The notes: generated from the letters alone by a model not told the origin. DNA of 64,000 nucleotides from Candidatus Eutrophovita brisbanensis (GCA_038147395.1 JAYQTM010000001.1:6287-70286); one strand, 5' to 3'; shown: positions 1-13,899, numbered from the stretch's first letter. Translations and numbers: made by a program.

Positions 1-433
1 CGAAATTCTGGAGACCCATAAAAACAAAACACGCGTCACCTCTTCGACCTTCAAAATAATTAGAAGCCCACTCGCTCTTTATCTTTGCTGCGATTTTGTT
101 CGGAATATTTGGATCGCGCCTAAATCGGTCGTTCAAAAAACTGGTTCCCGCCAAAAGAGCGACCTGATCTCGCATTCCTGCCGTAGCGATTTCGATATTT
201 GGACATGGCTCCATCGAATTATCCATGTCCGCGTGATCCATTGACAACTGAATGGAGACATCTGCCAAATAAAAATTATTACGAGAAGCCATAAGCGACG
301 AGTCTGTAGACAAATCCGTCTTAATGTGGGCGAACTCGAATTCTTCCAGCCCAACCAAAGAGTCCGAAGATCTTAAGTCAGCGTACCCACACCGCCACCC
401 CGTAATCTGAGTTAAAAATTTATCTTCGTTCAT
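1..433 (-). CDS. GNAT-family N-acetyltransferase, WecD/RffC-like (runs off the left edge)
   Basis: Hand translation from ATG at 433 stays open to the window edge: MNEDKFLTQ...GTSFLNDRFRRDPNIPNKIAAKIKSEWASNYFEGRRGD, resembling the 'SRF..DP....A...Y..W..N' segment of WecD-like acetyltransferases. Not in the ORF track because there is no stop in the window. Confidence 0.55.
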   Translation of the reverse strand, partial: MNEDKFLTQITGWRCGYADLRSSDSLVGLEEFEFAHIKTDLSTDSSLMASRNNFYLADVSIQLSMDHADMDNSMEPCPNIEIATAGMRDQVALLAGTSFLNDRFRRDPNIPNKIAAKIKSEWASNYFEGRRGDACFVFMGLQNF

Positions 434-613
434 AGTTCGCTAAGGCCTTACACCGAGCCAACACCAATATTATAAAAATCAATCTTGTAAACGCATCGTA
501 GACTCAAAATCATTCAATACGCGCCTCCGATCCCATAAATACCGCAAACGGAATATCAGCGACCTGCAGCTACAAGAAAAATTGTCAGCAAGAACGAAAG
601 TGTATATGGAAAC

Positions 614-1574
614 TCAGCTGACCGAGACCCGCATCAATCTGAACGGATCTACGCCAGTCGTATTCACACCATCTATTGCAGTGGGCGAACAACGAACTCC
701 TCTAGATTTTAGAACGTTGATCACTTCTTCCGAAAAACAATTTTCTTGACCTTCTGGGTAAGAATAATGCTTGGGACCAACTCCAGCCTTTTCTTTTAAT
801 AAATTTAGGCTTGTGTCTAACTCGTACACCAATTCCTCTGGGCTCAAAAACTCAAAATCCGATGCGTATGGCTGTGTCCGCCGACAGTGAACAAATCACT
901 CATATTTAGAGATCTGACTTGTGCCCAACTCATTTTTGTCCAATGGATCGTCAGAGGAAGTTTTGTGAGAAACGTTTAATGTTTCGCAGATCGTGATAGC
1001 CAACTCATCGGGATCGCAGGACTTGTCATTCTTAACGTATCGCCTCACAGCATCCAAGAACTCTATCCGACTTTTGACTCGACCTAATCGGTAGATACGG
1101 TCTGACCATCCACCGGCAATGTCTTGTACTTCAGCGTCTTCAACCGCGTGCTCAATGACGTCAATCCAAGACATACGATTTGAATCGATAAAGTCAGTCG
1201 TTACATAGAAAGTGGCTGGTATACGAAATTTTTCAAGTATTGGTGCGGCAATGTTAATGTTATTTTCAAAACCATCATCAAAAGTTACAGAGAATGACTT
1301 TCAGGGAAACTCCATTTTATTTTCTACAAAAAAATAAAACTTCATCTATACTTAAAGCGGTACCTTCACGAGATATATCCTTCAACAGTATTTCAAAATC
1401 TTTCACGAGAATATGTTTTCTTATGTAGTTCCTAACGTCATGTTGATGCTCCTCAATGACTCCATGGAATAGAAACATAACGTGACAGTCATCAGCTAGC
1501 CGAGAGGAATATTTTTCTTTTTGAAATGATAAAACCATAGTTGATTTATGAGGAGTGAATCTCTCGATTGTCAA
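614..1574 (-). CDS. Polysaccharide deacetylase (NodB/CE4 family), frameshifted into 3-4 pieces
   Basis: ORFs 1317-1574, 896-1174 and 614-847 plus intervening sequence give FLFHGV, FSVTFDDGFENN...PATFYVTT, TVGGHSHTH and HYSYPEG motifs. Confidence 0.75.
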
Positions 1575-2258
1575 ATTTCTCTAAGCAAACCTCTTTGAGG
1601 CAGGATGGCATTGCCGAATAATATCTACCAATCTTTTGCTGTTTCCGAGATGGAGGAGTAAGGTCGTTTTGACATTCAGCTACGGCTAACCTAGTAAGCT
1701 GAACGCATATCTCGGTGTTTTTTGCCCTTATCTCGTGAAGCCGCAAATCCTGGGTGATAGTTATATTATTTTGGACAACTATGTCACCCGTATCCAAGCC
1801 CGAATCTACGTAATGGAGTGTAGTGACAAGATTATTTAAGTCACCATGATAAATTGCCCACAAATGGGAATCTAATCCACGGTACATTTCAGGGTTTCCC
1901 CATGCAGATTGAAAAGGTTGCTTGGGGCAGCCGAAATAAAGGCCTCCTAGCCGGCGAGTTCCAAACACTACGATAACGTCGAAATTTGCTGACCGAATAA
2001 GATTAATGCAATTCTTATCATTTACAGACTCGAACTCAATCACTGGCAAAGAACCACAAAACTTGGATCCCTCCCAGAGAACCATCGCCCCCTCTCAAAT
2101 TCATCACGAATATTTTCATACGGATGGTAGGTCTCATACCTCTGGCTGCCTACCGATCCTGTCTCGAGAATAATTTGCAGATTCCCAAACAAATCCGCCA
2201 TTTGCTCAGTGAAGTAGATATGATGAGGTGTTTCGGTTGTTAGAATTGCAAGCTTCAT
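1546..2258 (-). CDS. Formyltransferase (Fmt-like, probable sugar N-formyltransferase), frameshifted
   Basis: ORFs 2040-2258 and 1546-2085; motifs DVIVVFGT, GNPEMYRGLDSHLWAI, TTLHYVDSGLDTGDIV. Confidence 0.75.
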
Positions 2259-2260
2259 GC

Positions 2261-3258
2261 TTAGGAATCAACGTCAACTTTTATTGATCCGCCCTCGATA
2301 ATATTTTCTAAAGCCTTTTTCCCAAGCAACTGGTTAATTTCATCTGGACTGTAGCCTCCAGGTCGAAGGCACACTAAATCTTCCTCACGTATTAGATCTC
2401 CACGTTTAATATTTCTAGCTGCGACAATCGACCGCCTGATTGCAAGTGCTGCGACTGACTCACACTCCGGTCGCTTAGATAAACCTTCGCCGAGCATGGC
2501 ATCCATATGTCTTACATCCCTCACCAACTCACTCATCTCCGCACAATCCGCGGAAAGTTGATGGTCTCGAGAATCAGAGTAATTTTTATCAAGAGTGAAG
2601 TGTTTTTCAATGATCTGAGCGCCAGCCATGACTGCTAGTCTTGCTGCGTCAATACCCAGCGAATGATCTGAATAACCAATTGTCAAGTCAGGAAATACAG
2701 CTTTCAAATCATGTATAGCTCGCAGATTTACTTGATGTTCTGGAACAGGATAACTCGATACACAGTGGAGAAAACACAGATTTTTTATCGAACTAATTTG
2801 TTCCCATCTAGCCACCAGACTCCTTAACAATTCTAAGTCGGCAAGACCAGTAGAGATAATGGTCGGTTTTTGGTAACTGGCGACCTCATCGATTAATTGC
2901 ACGTAATTATTATCTCCGGAAGGAGATCTTGAAAACCGTCTGAATTGAATTTAAAACCTAGCGCTTGGGATATCAAACGGTGTCGAGAAAAAGATCAGGC
3001 CTCGGGATTTCGCAGCATCCTCAATGAGACGAATTGTTTCTGGTAAGTCTGAATTTTTCAAGTTTTTCAAGCCTCTCTAAATCATTTTTCGAAACATACA
3101 ACTTTGGTTCAAATGTTTGAAACTTGACTGCATCTACCCCGCTTCCGACGCCAACTCTATCAAGTGACGCGCTAACGCGATATCGCCCTCGTGATTGTTA
3201 CCGATCTCGGCTACTATCATAGTTCGCTTCTGGAGGTATTCAAATTTTCGATGATCAT
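2261..3258 (-). CDS. N-acetylneuraminate/nonulosonate synthase family (NeuB/LegI/PseI/SpsE) with C-terminal SAF domain, frameshifted
   Basis: N-terminus IVAEIGNNHEGD...GVDAVKFQTF (~3120-3225); ORF 2261-2902 has IISTG, LHCVSSYP, IGYSDHSLG, IIEKHFTLDK, DHQLS, RRSIVAAR. Confidence 0.9.
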
Positions 3259-3324
3259 AGGTTCCAAAAATAAGCAAATATTTCCTGTAAAGCGCTCGAG
3301 ATAGCGGCGTCCAATCAAGTAGAC

Positions 3325-4378
3325 TTAAGTACTACCGTCCAATGCCTCAGAATAAAGTTGGATTTGCCTCTCGAAAGGCCATGTACCAATTAACGTATTC
3401 TTCTGCCCTCGCTCAATTGTGAATGAGGGCTCATAACCGAGCATGTCCCGAGCTTTCGCAATACTCAGGGTCCCCCTCTCTGGCATCAGGTTGTCTCTCG
3501 GCTTATAGTCAATTCTTATCCCCGGGAAAAATTGCGCTACAAGGTGTGCAAGCTCGTTAAGCTTTCGTGCTTCACCGAAAGTCATGTTAAACGTCTGGTT
3601 GATCGACTGAGGTTTACCGATAGCTAAGCAAACACCTGAAACAAGGTCATCGATGTAGGTAAAATCCAGGGCCTCTTCCCCATCACCGTTAATAGTCAGA
3701 TTAGAACCAGTTATCGCATTCTCAATAAATGCTTGCCCTACTCTTCGGCTAACGCACCGTTCCCCGTACAAGGCTGATGGCCGGATGATCGTGTAAGGAA
3801 CATCGAACACCTGGTTGTAACCAATAACAAGTTTTTCCGCACCGAATTTCAATGCGCCGTAAATTCCAAGGGGATTACAAACCCTGTCCTCGTCAACTGC
3901 CTCCCCATCAAAATTGCCGTACACCATAGACGAAGAAAAATAAATTACATGTGGCTTTGACGACTTACATGCATCCATAACATTTTCAAGCGTTCTAAGA
4001 CTGTGATCAAAGGTGGAAAATGGATCTTTATTAGACCTATTCGCATGCGCGATTGCAGCCAAATGAACTATACAATCGGGCTTAATGCTCGAGAGCGTAT
4101 GACTGACTACGATAGTCTCGCGCGTCTATAACGTGCAAATTTACCCTAGCCTCCCTTAGCAACCTAAGGCGCTCGTTGATAAATTCAATATAACGCCCTG
4201 CGTTCGGGTTTTCACTGTAACCGCTCGTATAGTATCCAATACTATTAACTTGTAAACCATCGATAACATGAGGCTCAGCGCCCATTGATGCTAACTTCAA
4301 GGCTAAATGATGACCGATAAAGCCTGCGCCTCCAAAAATAGCAATCTTCTTATTTTTTAGATCAAGTTTGTCAAGCAC
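3325..4378 (-). CDS. NAD-dependent epimerase/dehydratase (extended SDR), frameshifted near 4080
   Basis: GGAGFIG nucleotide-binding motif, SSSMVYG, YGALK catalytic motif, IIRPSALYG, LDFTYIDDLV. Confidence 0.85.
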
Positions 4379-5516
4379 AAAACTTCCTAAGTATTTTCGA
4401 TAAACAATCAGCCATATATTCTACGTCATCAAAAGAAATATGAGGACCAACGGGAAGCGAGATTGATCGATCAGATATTTGTTGCGCAACTTTGTACATC
4501 GAGGGATCAACCTGATATTTTTTTTGGTAATACATCATTTGAGGCACTGGCTTCGGATAGTAAATACTCGATCCAACGCCCATCTCCTTTAAGGCGTTCA
4601 TAATCTGCGGTCTGACTGAGCGTATACCGTCATCCAACATCATGCCTGCGCAGTAATAAACGCTATTAAATCTAGCATCAGATTTTTGCTTCAGAAGGGA
4701 CACCCCTGGGAGATCTTCAATTAATCCGGACAAATGGTCATAGTTGTTTTTACGGTGTTGAATAAAGTTTGGCAGTTTCTTAACCTGCTCAATTCCTATC
4801 GCGGCATGAATCTCACTCATTCGATAATTAAACCCAAGCTCCGGAACATCATACATACCGGGCAAGCTTCTCTCCCCATGACTGCGATCAACACCGAAAG
4901 CCCTAAGATGTCGTAACCGTTCCGCAAGCTCAGAATCCCTGCAAATAACTTCATTCCTCCCTCTGCAGTCGTCATATGCTTGACTGGATAAAACGAAAAC
5001 GCCAGCGTCTCCGTGTAAACCCACGCACGCCATCGAGTGTCGCACCAGGAGCTAACGCACAATCCTCCACAACGAACAAATTGTGTTTATCGGCGATCTT
5101 GACGACCTGTGTCATGTCGACCGGAATACCAAGGTAATGCACAACAGCAATCGCTTTCGTATTATCGTTGATAGCACTCTCAATCTTGGATATGTCAATG
5201 TTTCCCGATATCGATTCCGCATCGACGAACACTGAGTCGCGCCACATAACTCAACAGCATGGGCTGTGGCAACATGGGTCTGCGCAGGAACAATCACCTC
5301 ATCGCCCTCTTTCAAACCCATAGAAAAATACAAAAGATGCATCCCTGCTGTACAAGATGACACACTGACCGCATGGGAACTATTTGCGAATTCAGCGAAT
5401 AGCGATTCAAAAGTATTGGCCTTTGGTGCTTGTACGAGTATGGGCCCACCTAGAACCTCAAGAACTGCAGAGACTTCCTCGCTGTCAATCAATGGTTTTC
5501 CAAATGGTATACGCAT
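4371..5516 (-). CDS. DegT/DnrJ/EryC1/StrS PLP-dependent sugar aminotransferase, frameshifted
   Basis: Fragments give MRIPFGKP, VSSCTAGMHL, VVEDCALAPG, FSFYPVKHMTTAEGGM (PLP lysine), LGFNYRMSEIHAAIG, ISLPVGP. Confidence 0.9.
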
Positions 5517-5517
5517 T

Positions 5518-6540
5518 TCAATAACTAACTTTCATTGGTAACTTTTCTCGAATTGAATCTTCAATGGTTAACGAAATATTCATCACATCCAGCACTTCCG
5601 ATGCGGTAACAGCAGGAGGATCGCCGTCAAGTATACTCGCTACGAACGAGCTCAATACCTTAATTTTGCTCGAGCTTGAACCTGGATACGCAGCGCAAGC
5701 TTGTTCGTTGGCCACATCTCCAGACCGGGACCATTGGTAGAAAGCGCCCGGATGGCTTTGAGTAAAAGTACCGGTAGTGCCGTAGAGCGCAACCTTATGA
5801 AAATGCGGAGTGACACTCGCAAAATTTGCCGTCACTTTTAAGACCGCCCCAGTGTCCATTGTCATCACGGAAACGACGGTATCTGGTTTTTTAAATCTCG
5901 TACCTGAGGTAGCGATCTTTACCCCATAAGCGAAAACTTCAGTCACACGGCTGTTTTGTTAACCAAGTCAACAATCGATCATATGTATCGCCCACCATGC
6001 ACGACTGAATAACCTTCGGTATCCGCCCTCCATCCTTGAGTAATCTTGTGCAACCGACCGTAGTCATAATCGCCCTCGAAATAATAAAGGTCGCCAAATT
6101 CATTACTTTCTATTCTGGACTTCAGTTGCTTGAACCGCTCGACCTCTCTTAAAACAAAATTGGACGATAATTTTAAGTGCGGATTAGCGCCAAGGGCTTG
6201 TTTTATATTTATAAATTCTTTCCGAGTTAAACACAGTGGCTTCTCCACGAAAACATGCTTCTCCGAACGTAACGCTGCCAAAATCTGATCACCATGAAAC
6301 TGGTCGTACGACGCTATTGAAACAAGATCAATATTCGGATCATTGAGAATATCCGTGGCATTGGAAACAAGTTTTACTCCCGGGAAATGACGACCTACTT
6401 CATTTAATTTCATTACATCAGAATCACAAAAGTGCAACGAGATTGCACTTCGGGTTAGTCTCGTAGCCAACTGCGTGCCTCTCTCCAACACCAAGCCCTA
6501 TTACGGCTGTGTTCAATTTTTTATCTTTTCTCGACTTCAT
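5518..6540 (-). CDS. Gfo/Idh/MocA-family oxidoreductase, frameshifted
   Basis: ATG at 6540 (MKSRKDKKLNTAVIGLGVGE); IDLVSIASYDQFH, KHVFVEKPLC; C-terminal domain in ORF 5518-5946. Confidence 0.85.
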
Positions 6541-7224
6541 TTCCTCGGAATTCTGTCCAAAATGAACGCGGTAGCTTGCTCCCAGGTCACAGATTCGCCA
6601 TACCTGCGCAGTATGTGCTCAACTGACCGAAAATCCTCCTCCGAATCAACTGATAACTGAACCTCTTTAAAAGAAGTTCCGTTTGTGAAAGACCTGATTG
6701 AAAACCCACTGTGATTTGAATAAAGAACTGGGTCACATGCTCTACTTCGTGGGCAGTCTTGGCAAGCGAGTTGGCTAAGTGAAGCGCAGACAATTTGATG
6801 ACCTCAACGGACTGACCCTTCGGGAACGTTCTGGTAAGAATATTGGTGACTAAGTCGCAAGGCTTATCGAGAAAAATTCTTACTCCCCGATCGATTAACG
6901 CAGGATCGATTAATGGACTATCGCCATTAATCCTCACACATGCCTGCTCCGTAACCTCCGCACACCTCAAGTACCGCTCCGAGCACATTGTCTAGAGAGC
7001 CCCTAAAACACGCAATCTCCTCCGACTCGCAATATTCATAAATTATGTCATCAGATTGGTCGGTAGAAGTTGCCACCACACATTGACGTATTGATGACGC
7101 ACGACTAACACGATCGTAAACCCAACGAATCATTGGCTTATCGACCATTACACGTAAACTTTTACCAGGAAGACGTTTTGATGTCATCCGCGCTTGTATG
7201 ATTGCGGCATAATTAATTAGTCAC
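6537..7224 (-). CDS. SpsF-like / acylneuraminate cytidylyltransferase family, frameshifted
   Basis: AIIQARMTSKRLPGKSL, VVATST..SDD, FRGSLDNVL, VRINGDSPLIDP, RTFPKGQSVEV, EHVT. Confidence 0.8.
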
Positions 7225-7264
7225 GGCTTCCTACACATTGAATTAAAGGCGCTGTATCTTGACC

Positions 7265-8570
7265 CTAAGCTCTAACAACATTGGAGAAATCGCTCTCGTA
7301 AACACCGCGCGTATCGATGATGAGAGACGACTCTTTTTGCAACATTGTGTAGTCTATTGAGTCGTGATCTGTTGCTATGAGAATTGCGTCACACTCTCTT
7401 GCTAATTCAGCGGACAAAATTTCACTCTTGAGAGTAAAGTGATGGTCTCGCATCTTTGGTAGCGCCCGAACGTACGGGTCGACATAACTCAACAATGCCT
7501 CCTGCTCTTGCAATATCTCCATAATCTTTATCGCGGGCGATTCACGTACATCATCAACATTTTTTTTATAAGCGACCCCCAAGATTAGAACTTTGGACCC
7601 CTTAACTGATTTACCCACCGCATTCAGCGCAGCCACCAGCTTTGAAACGACCCACTTCGGCATGTTCGTGTTAATTTCCCCAGCTAACTCTATAAATTTG
7701 GTGTCAACTCCAAACTCTTTCGCTTTCCAAGTCAGGTAAAGGGATCAATAGGGGATACAATGTCCGCCAAATCCCGGACCAGGGTAATAAGGAGTAAACC
7801 CAAACGGTTTTGTAGCTGCGGCCTTAATAACTTCGTGGATGTTGATTCCCATGCGGTCACACACGATTTTCATCTCATTGACAAGTCCGATGTTTATCGA
7901 GCGGTGTATGTTCTCTAGCAATTTTGTCATCTCTGCAACCTTCAATGAAGAGACTGATACAACCTCATCGACAATTGATCCATACAAAGAGCGTCCAACA
8001 TCTAAACAATCTTTCGTGTGGCCACCAACTATTTTAGGAGTAGTCTTTGTGTTGAATTTATTGTTACCTGGATCTCTCTCTCAGGAGAGTAAACAAGAAA
8101 AATTTTTCGCCAATATTCATGCCGGACTCAGTTAGCCTAGTTAGCAACTCCTCCTCAGTAGTCCCGGGGTAAGTCGTACTCTCCAACGAAATAACCTGTC
8201 CAGCCTTTAAATGTGGCTGTAACATTTCGAAAGTTTTTACTACGAAACTTAAATCTGGCTCTCTAGTTTTAGTAAGCGGCGTGGGTACACATAGAATCAA
8301 GGCGTCTAATCTCTCAACAATAGAAAATTCCGTAGTCGCCGAAAATCCATTTGCTTGGGCATTGGAGATCTCTGAGTGCGAAATATGGCCTATGTAGCTT
8401 TGACCAGCATTTAATATTCTTACCTTATTTGCATCAACGTCGAATCCAACAACGCGGAATTTCTCATGAGAAAATCTAAGCGCCAACGGTAGACCAACGT
8501 AACCGAGGCCAAATATTCCTATCAGAGCGCTCTTGTCCCTGAGCTTTTCAAGTAGCTGGTCCTTATACAT
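7265..8570 (-). CDS. wbpA: UDP-N-acetyl-D-glucosamine 6-dehydrogenase (WbpA/WecC family), frameshifted
   Basis: [67 protein letters not shown] across ORFs 8064-8570, 7745-7987 and 7265-7663. Confidence 0.85.
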
Positions 8571-8645
8571 GTCCCCCTGTTCCTTTATGACTTTTTCTCA
8601 AAACTTCTCTGGCGCCGATTTCGCAAAATATACATTAGCTAACTA

Positions 8646-10398
8646 CTAACCTTTATTGCATACCTCTGCGTATGTACCCTCTAGGGCGACCGCACCGTCC
8701 TTGATGACAACTACGCGATCGCAGCAGGCGAGCGAGTTAAGACTGTGCGACACCATGATCACCGTCACCCCGTCACAATGATCGATAATCCTACGTACGA
8801 CCTCCGCCTCCATCTGAGTATCGAGCGCGTTAGTAGCTTCGTCGAGTATTAATAGTTTTGGCTCATGGTATAAAGCGCGCGCAATACCGATTCTTTGCCT
8901 TTGACCACCTGAAAGGACAGCACCATTCTCACCAACGACGGTGTCATATTTACTCGGGAACTTCTCGATCACAAAATCATGTAAACCGGCGACTTTTGCA
9001 ACCATCTCTAACCTGTCGATATCGATCAGTCGATCATCCATTCCGAGCGCAATATTTGCGGCGATCGTATCGTCACAAAGATAGATTTGTTGTGGCACGT
9101 ATCCAATCAAGGCGTGCCAAGATCGCCTGTTATTGTCATCGATAACTTCATCGTCGCCTCTCAACTCGCCCTCACACGGATCGATTAACCCAGCAATAAG
9201 ATCCAACACGGTCGTCTTCCTGATCCGGTTGCTCGATTAAACCAACAGCCGTATTAACGTGAACGATTAGATTCAGATTGTTAATCGTCGAGGCAGCGGC
9301 GTTCGGATAAGCGAAAGCCACATTGTTCAATTCGATACATTTATTCAAGCACAGAAAGCCTGAGGTAGCTACGGTATGTTTCCCTACGTTTTCCGTCAAA
9401 TCTACATAAACCTTTTCAACCGTTGACCCGGAAAATTTTAGCTGTATTGATGATCGATAAATCTGCTGAAGCGCTGGTAGAATCTTGTAACCGGCAAAGG
9501 TAAAAATTCCAGCTAGCGGCAAGAAACTCGCAAAGTTATCAGCAGCAGAAAAATAGATAACGAGAATGACTATCACTCCTCCACCGAAAACGAGGCCCTC
9601 CAGAACAAATCTAGGGACTTGTCCAAATACATGTGCGAATGCCTGAGCTCGCGCATAAACCTTTGCTGGGTGTGTAAATCGATCTAAATACACCTTCTCT
9701 AGCCCAGATAATGCGAGCGATTTGTTAGGGGCTAAAGCCTCGCCTGCGATTAGAAAGCGTTGCTCGTTCGCGGTGACCCTATCGTGCCCTAGCCACCAAT
9801 GACCTCTCCCGAAAACACGTAAAAACCAAAACACTGAAGCGAGAGTTACGGTTACGACGATAGTAGCTAACGGATTCACGACGAAAAGCAGTACGAGAAG
9901 GAAACTCACAGCAATAGTTTGTGAAATTAAACTCAACAAAGGAATAACTGCTTGTTGGGTGATATGACCGACCTCCGACAACATAGATTTCGACAAGTCG
10001 GAAGAGTGTCGATACAGTCTTTTAGAGTATGAAAGACCTAAATACTCGATGAATAATTTCTTACTAATGACCATTTCGGCAGTAAGCGCAAAATTCATCT
10101 GAGTATATGAATTGATTGCTTTGAGAGATATCGAGAAAACTAACAAGAAAAAAACCGCCGCCCCTAATAGTAAGACCATTTTTTCTGCACTGTGAAGGCC
10201 TAGGATTTGTCGAAGATTTGCTAGAAAAGCATTACTCTCGATTATGCTGGGGTCAGATAGAACAGCAATTAGAGGCATGATGGAAAGCTACCCCAGAGAA
10301 TCCAGAATCGCTATCGCAGTCATAGTCAGAGCACAAACTCATCCCTCGACTTTTTAATTCGGGAACAACATGAATACTAACTTTCTCAAAGTTCCCAT
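8646..10398 (-). CDS. ABC transporter, fused permease-ATPase (PglK/MsbA-like lipid-linked glycan flippase), frameshifted near Walker A
   Basis: Transmembrane domain in ORF 9172-10278 (likely start ATG 10398); NBD in 8646-9209 with YVPQ, LSGGQRQRIGIARALY, LILDEATNALD. Confidence 0.85.
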
Positions 10399-10402
10399 GA
10401 AA

Positions 10403-11369
10403 TCAGCCCTAAGTCGCAGATCTTACGTATTCAGCGTATGTTCTGACCAACCCATCCCTTAAGCTCACCGTCGGCCCCCAACCAAGTTCCCGGACCCTCG
10501 AGCTGTCCATCAGTTTTCTGGGGGTTCCATCTGGCTTCCTACGATCGAATTCAATTTCCCCCCGGGTATTCAGTCACTTTTTATCAATTGTGCCAGATCG
10601 CGAATACTAATCTCCTCTCCCGATCCGACATTGACGTGGCTAGTACTCGTAGCGCTATGCCTGTAGAAGTCACCCTTGTCTACATTCATCAACATAACAC
10701 AAGCAACCGCCAAATCATCGACACAAAAATTCCCTTAGAGGAGTTCCTGTGCCCCATATTTTTACAGTTGGAATGCCGTTGAGTTTCGCCTCATGAAAAC
10801 GTCAATTAGTCCGGGGATGACGTGACTATCGTTCGGGTGATAGTTATCGCCAACTCCGTACAGGTTCGTCGGCATTACGCTCCTAAAGTCAGGTCCGTTT
10901 GTATCCCTAGCGTACTGCCTGTTATAACTCTCACACAATTTTATCCCCGCGATTTTCGCAACGGCGTAAGGTTCATTACTCTGCTCTAGTTTCCCACTCA
11001 ACAAAGCCTCTTCGCTCATTGGCTGATTTGCGTATTTTGGATATATGCAGCTGGAACCTAGAAACAAAATTTTCCGAACTCCAGCAACGAATGCCGCGTG
11101 AATTATATTTAACTGGATCATTAAATTTTCGTATATAAAGTCAGCCGGATAACGCTGATTCGCATTTATTCCGCCTACACGCGCAGCAGCAAGATAAACC
11201 TGTTCGATTTTTCTTTAGCAAAAATCGCTGACTACCAATTAGTTTGTCAAGTCCAACTCTGAGCGACTACGGGTTATGATGTTTTGGTAGCCTAGAGATC
11301 TTAGCTCTCTTTCAATCGCGGAACCCACCATACCTCGGTGTCCTGCTACATAAATTTTCTCATTGCCAT
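10403..11369 (-). CDS. fcl: GDP-L-fucose synthase, frameshifted
   Basis: [85 protein letters not shown]. Confidence 0.9.
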
Positions 11370-11384
11370 GTGTGATTTAAAACC

Positions 11385-12458
<1,074 letters not shown>

Positions 12459-12533
12459 TTTTATCTCTCCGGTAACCGATATATTTTTTCAAGGTGTAAC
12501 GAAGAATGCACGGCCACCCAATGCTTGTAAATA

Positions 12534-13739
12534 CTAGCGTGTAACTCGACCGTACTGATCATCATATCGAATGATATCGTCCTCGCCGAGGTAATCTCCA
12601 GACTGAACCTCGATAATTTCAAGTGGTTCACGAGTTGGATTGATCAACCGGTGTAATTCACCAACGGGGATGGTAACGGATTGTCCCACACCTAAAGACA
12701 AGGTGGTTTCTCCACAAATAACCTCCGCCGAACCCCTAACCACCAACCAATGCTCAGATCGGTGTAAATGCTTTTGAAGACTCAACCTGCCTCCAGGGCT
12801 AACCTCTATTCGCTTAACTTTCGTTCCATCCCTCTGATCGAGTACGTGGTATGACCCCCATGGGCGACGAACTCTAAGATGAGCGATTGTTTCCTCTCTC
12901 GAATCGTCCGACAATCTTGAACGACTTTTGAGATACCACGAAGCATCCCTAGCGGATACCAGAACAGCATCATCGGTCTCTACTACACCACATCTCGTAC
13001 GCCGCTAATGACACCAAACGGTTGTTAGCGATTACGAATGAGTTTTCAGTTTGATATATGAACGTCTCCTGGGTAACGTTACCAAATACATCCTTCTCGT
13101 TATGCCTCCAAACGGCATCCCAGGTTCCTAAATCATCCCACCCCGCGCGAAGAGGCACCATGGCAACTCCGTCTCCCGAGTGCGCGCACTTTTCAAGAAC
13201 GGCCACATCGACAGAAACACTCGGATTAAGGGAATAATCATTTTCTCATCTAACCTCGTGTAGCAATCAGCTTGCTCGCGCAACTCCATGCCGCTTTCGT
13301 GTGCTCTGAGCACCTCAGGTGCATTCTCATGAACAATCGAAATCCAAGTCTACGCCAATAAGATAAAGCATCCGGAATTCCAAAAATATGATCCCGTCGC
13401 AAGGTACTCTCATGATTTAGTTCTATTTGGCTTCTCCACAAAGCGATCAATAATGACATGTTCGAAATCGTCCGAGACCATCTTTCCGCATGACATGTAT
13501 CCAAAAACCAGTTTCCGGCCTCTCAGGTGGTATGCCTAGAGCGACCACTTTCCACCTGAAGCAATGCTTATAGCCTGATATTGCATTGGAAAATGCATCC
13601 GGGTTATCTACATGGTGATCTGATGGAGAAATCACTAAAACTGGATCGTCCTCATTTGATAAAGCATGCAAAGCCGCGAACGTCACTGCTGGAGCAGTAT
13701 TTTCTTACGACAAGTTCAATCAAAAGGAAAACATCAGCA
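12534..13739 (-). pseudogene. manC: Mannose-1-phosphate guanylyltransferase/mannose-6-phosphate isomerase; N-terminus absent and multiply frameshifted
   Basis: NTAPAVTFAALHAL, PSDHHV, GIPPERPETG, GWDDLGTW and the C-terminal cupin RPWGSY...LSLQKHLHRSEHW...IIEVQSGDYLGEDDIIR. The N-terminal GGSGTRLWP motif is not present; sequence abuts tRNA-Phe. Confidence 0.85.
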
Positions 13740-13795
<56 letters not shown>

Positions 13796-13835
13796 ATCAA
13801 AATTTGACTCATTTCGGTTGCAAACCGAACGCGTT

Positions 13836-13864
13836 TTTTTACACCAAAACCCATCAAACTTCAA
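13836..13864 (-). promoter_or_regulatory. Putative sigma70 promoter for tRNA-Phe
   Basis: TTGAAG-17 nt-TAAAAA followed by GC-rich ACGCGTTCGG and a short hairpin (TTCGGTT-TGC-AACCGAA) about 40 nt upstream of the tRNA. Confidence 0.4.
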
Positions 13865-13899
13865 AAAACCATTCAAATCATCAACGCCATACATGAGCT

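Noticed and set aside
434-613. 180-bp gap inside the glycan operon with a TATAAT on the minus strand (~469-474)
   Set aside because: No convincing -35 or ORF; it may be an internal promoter but the evidence is too weak in error-rich sequence.
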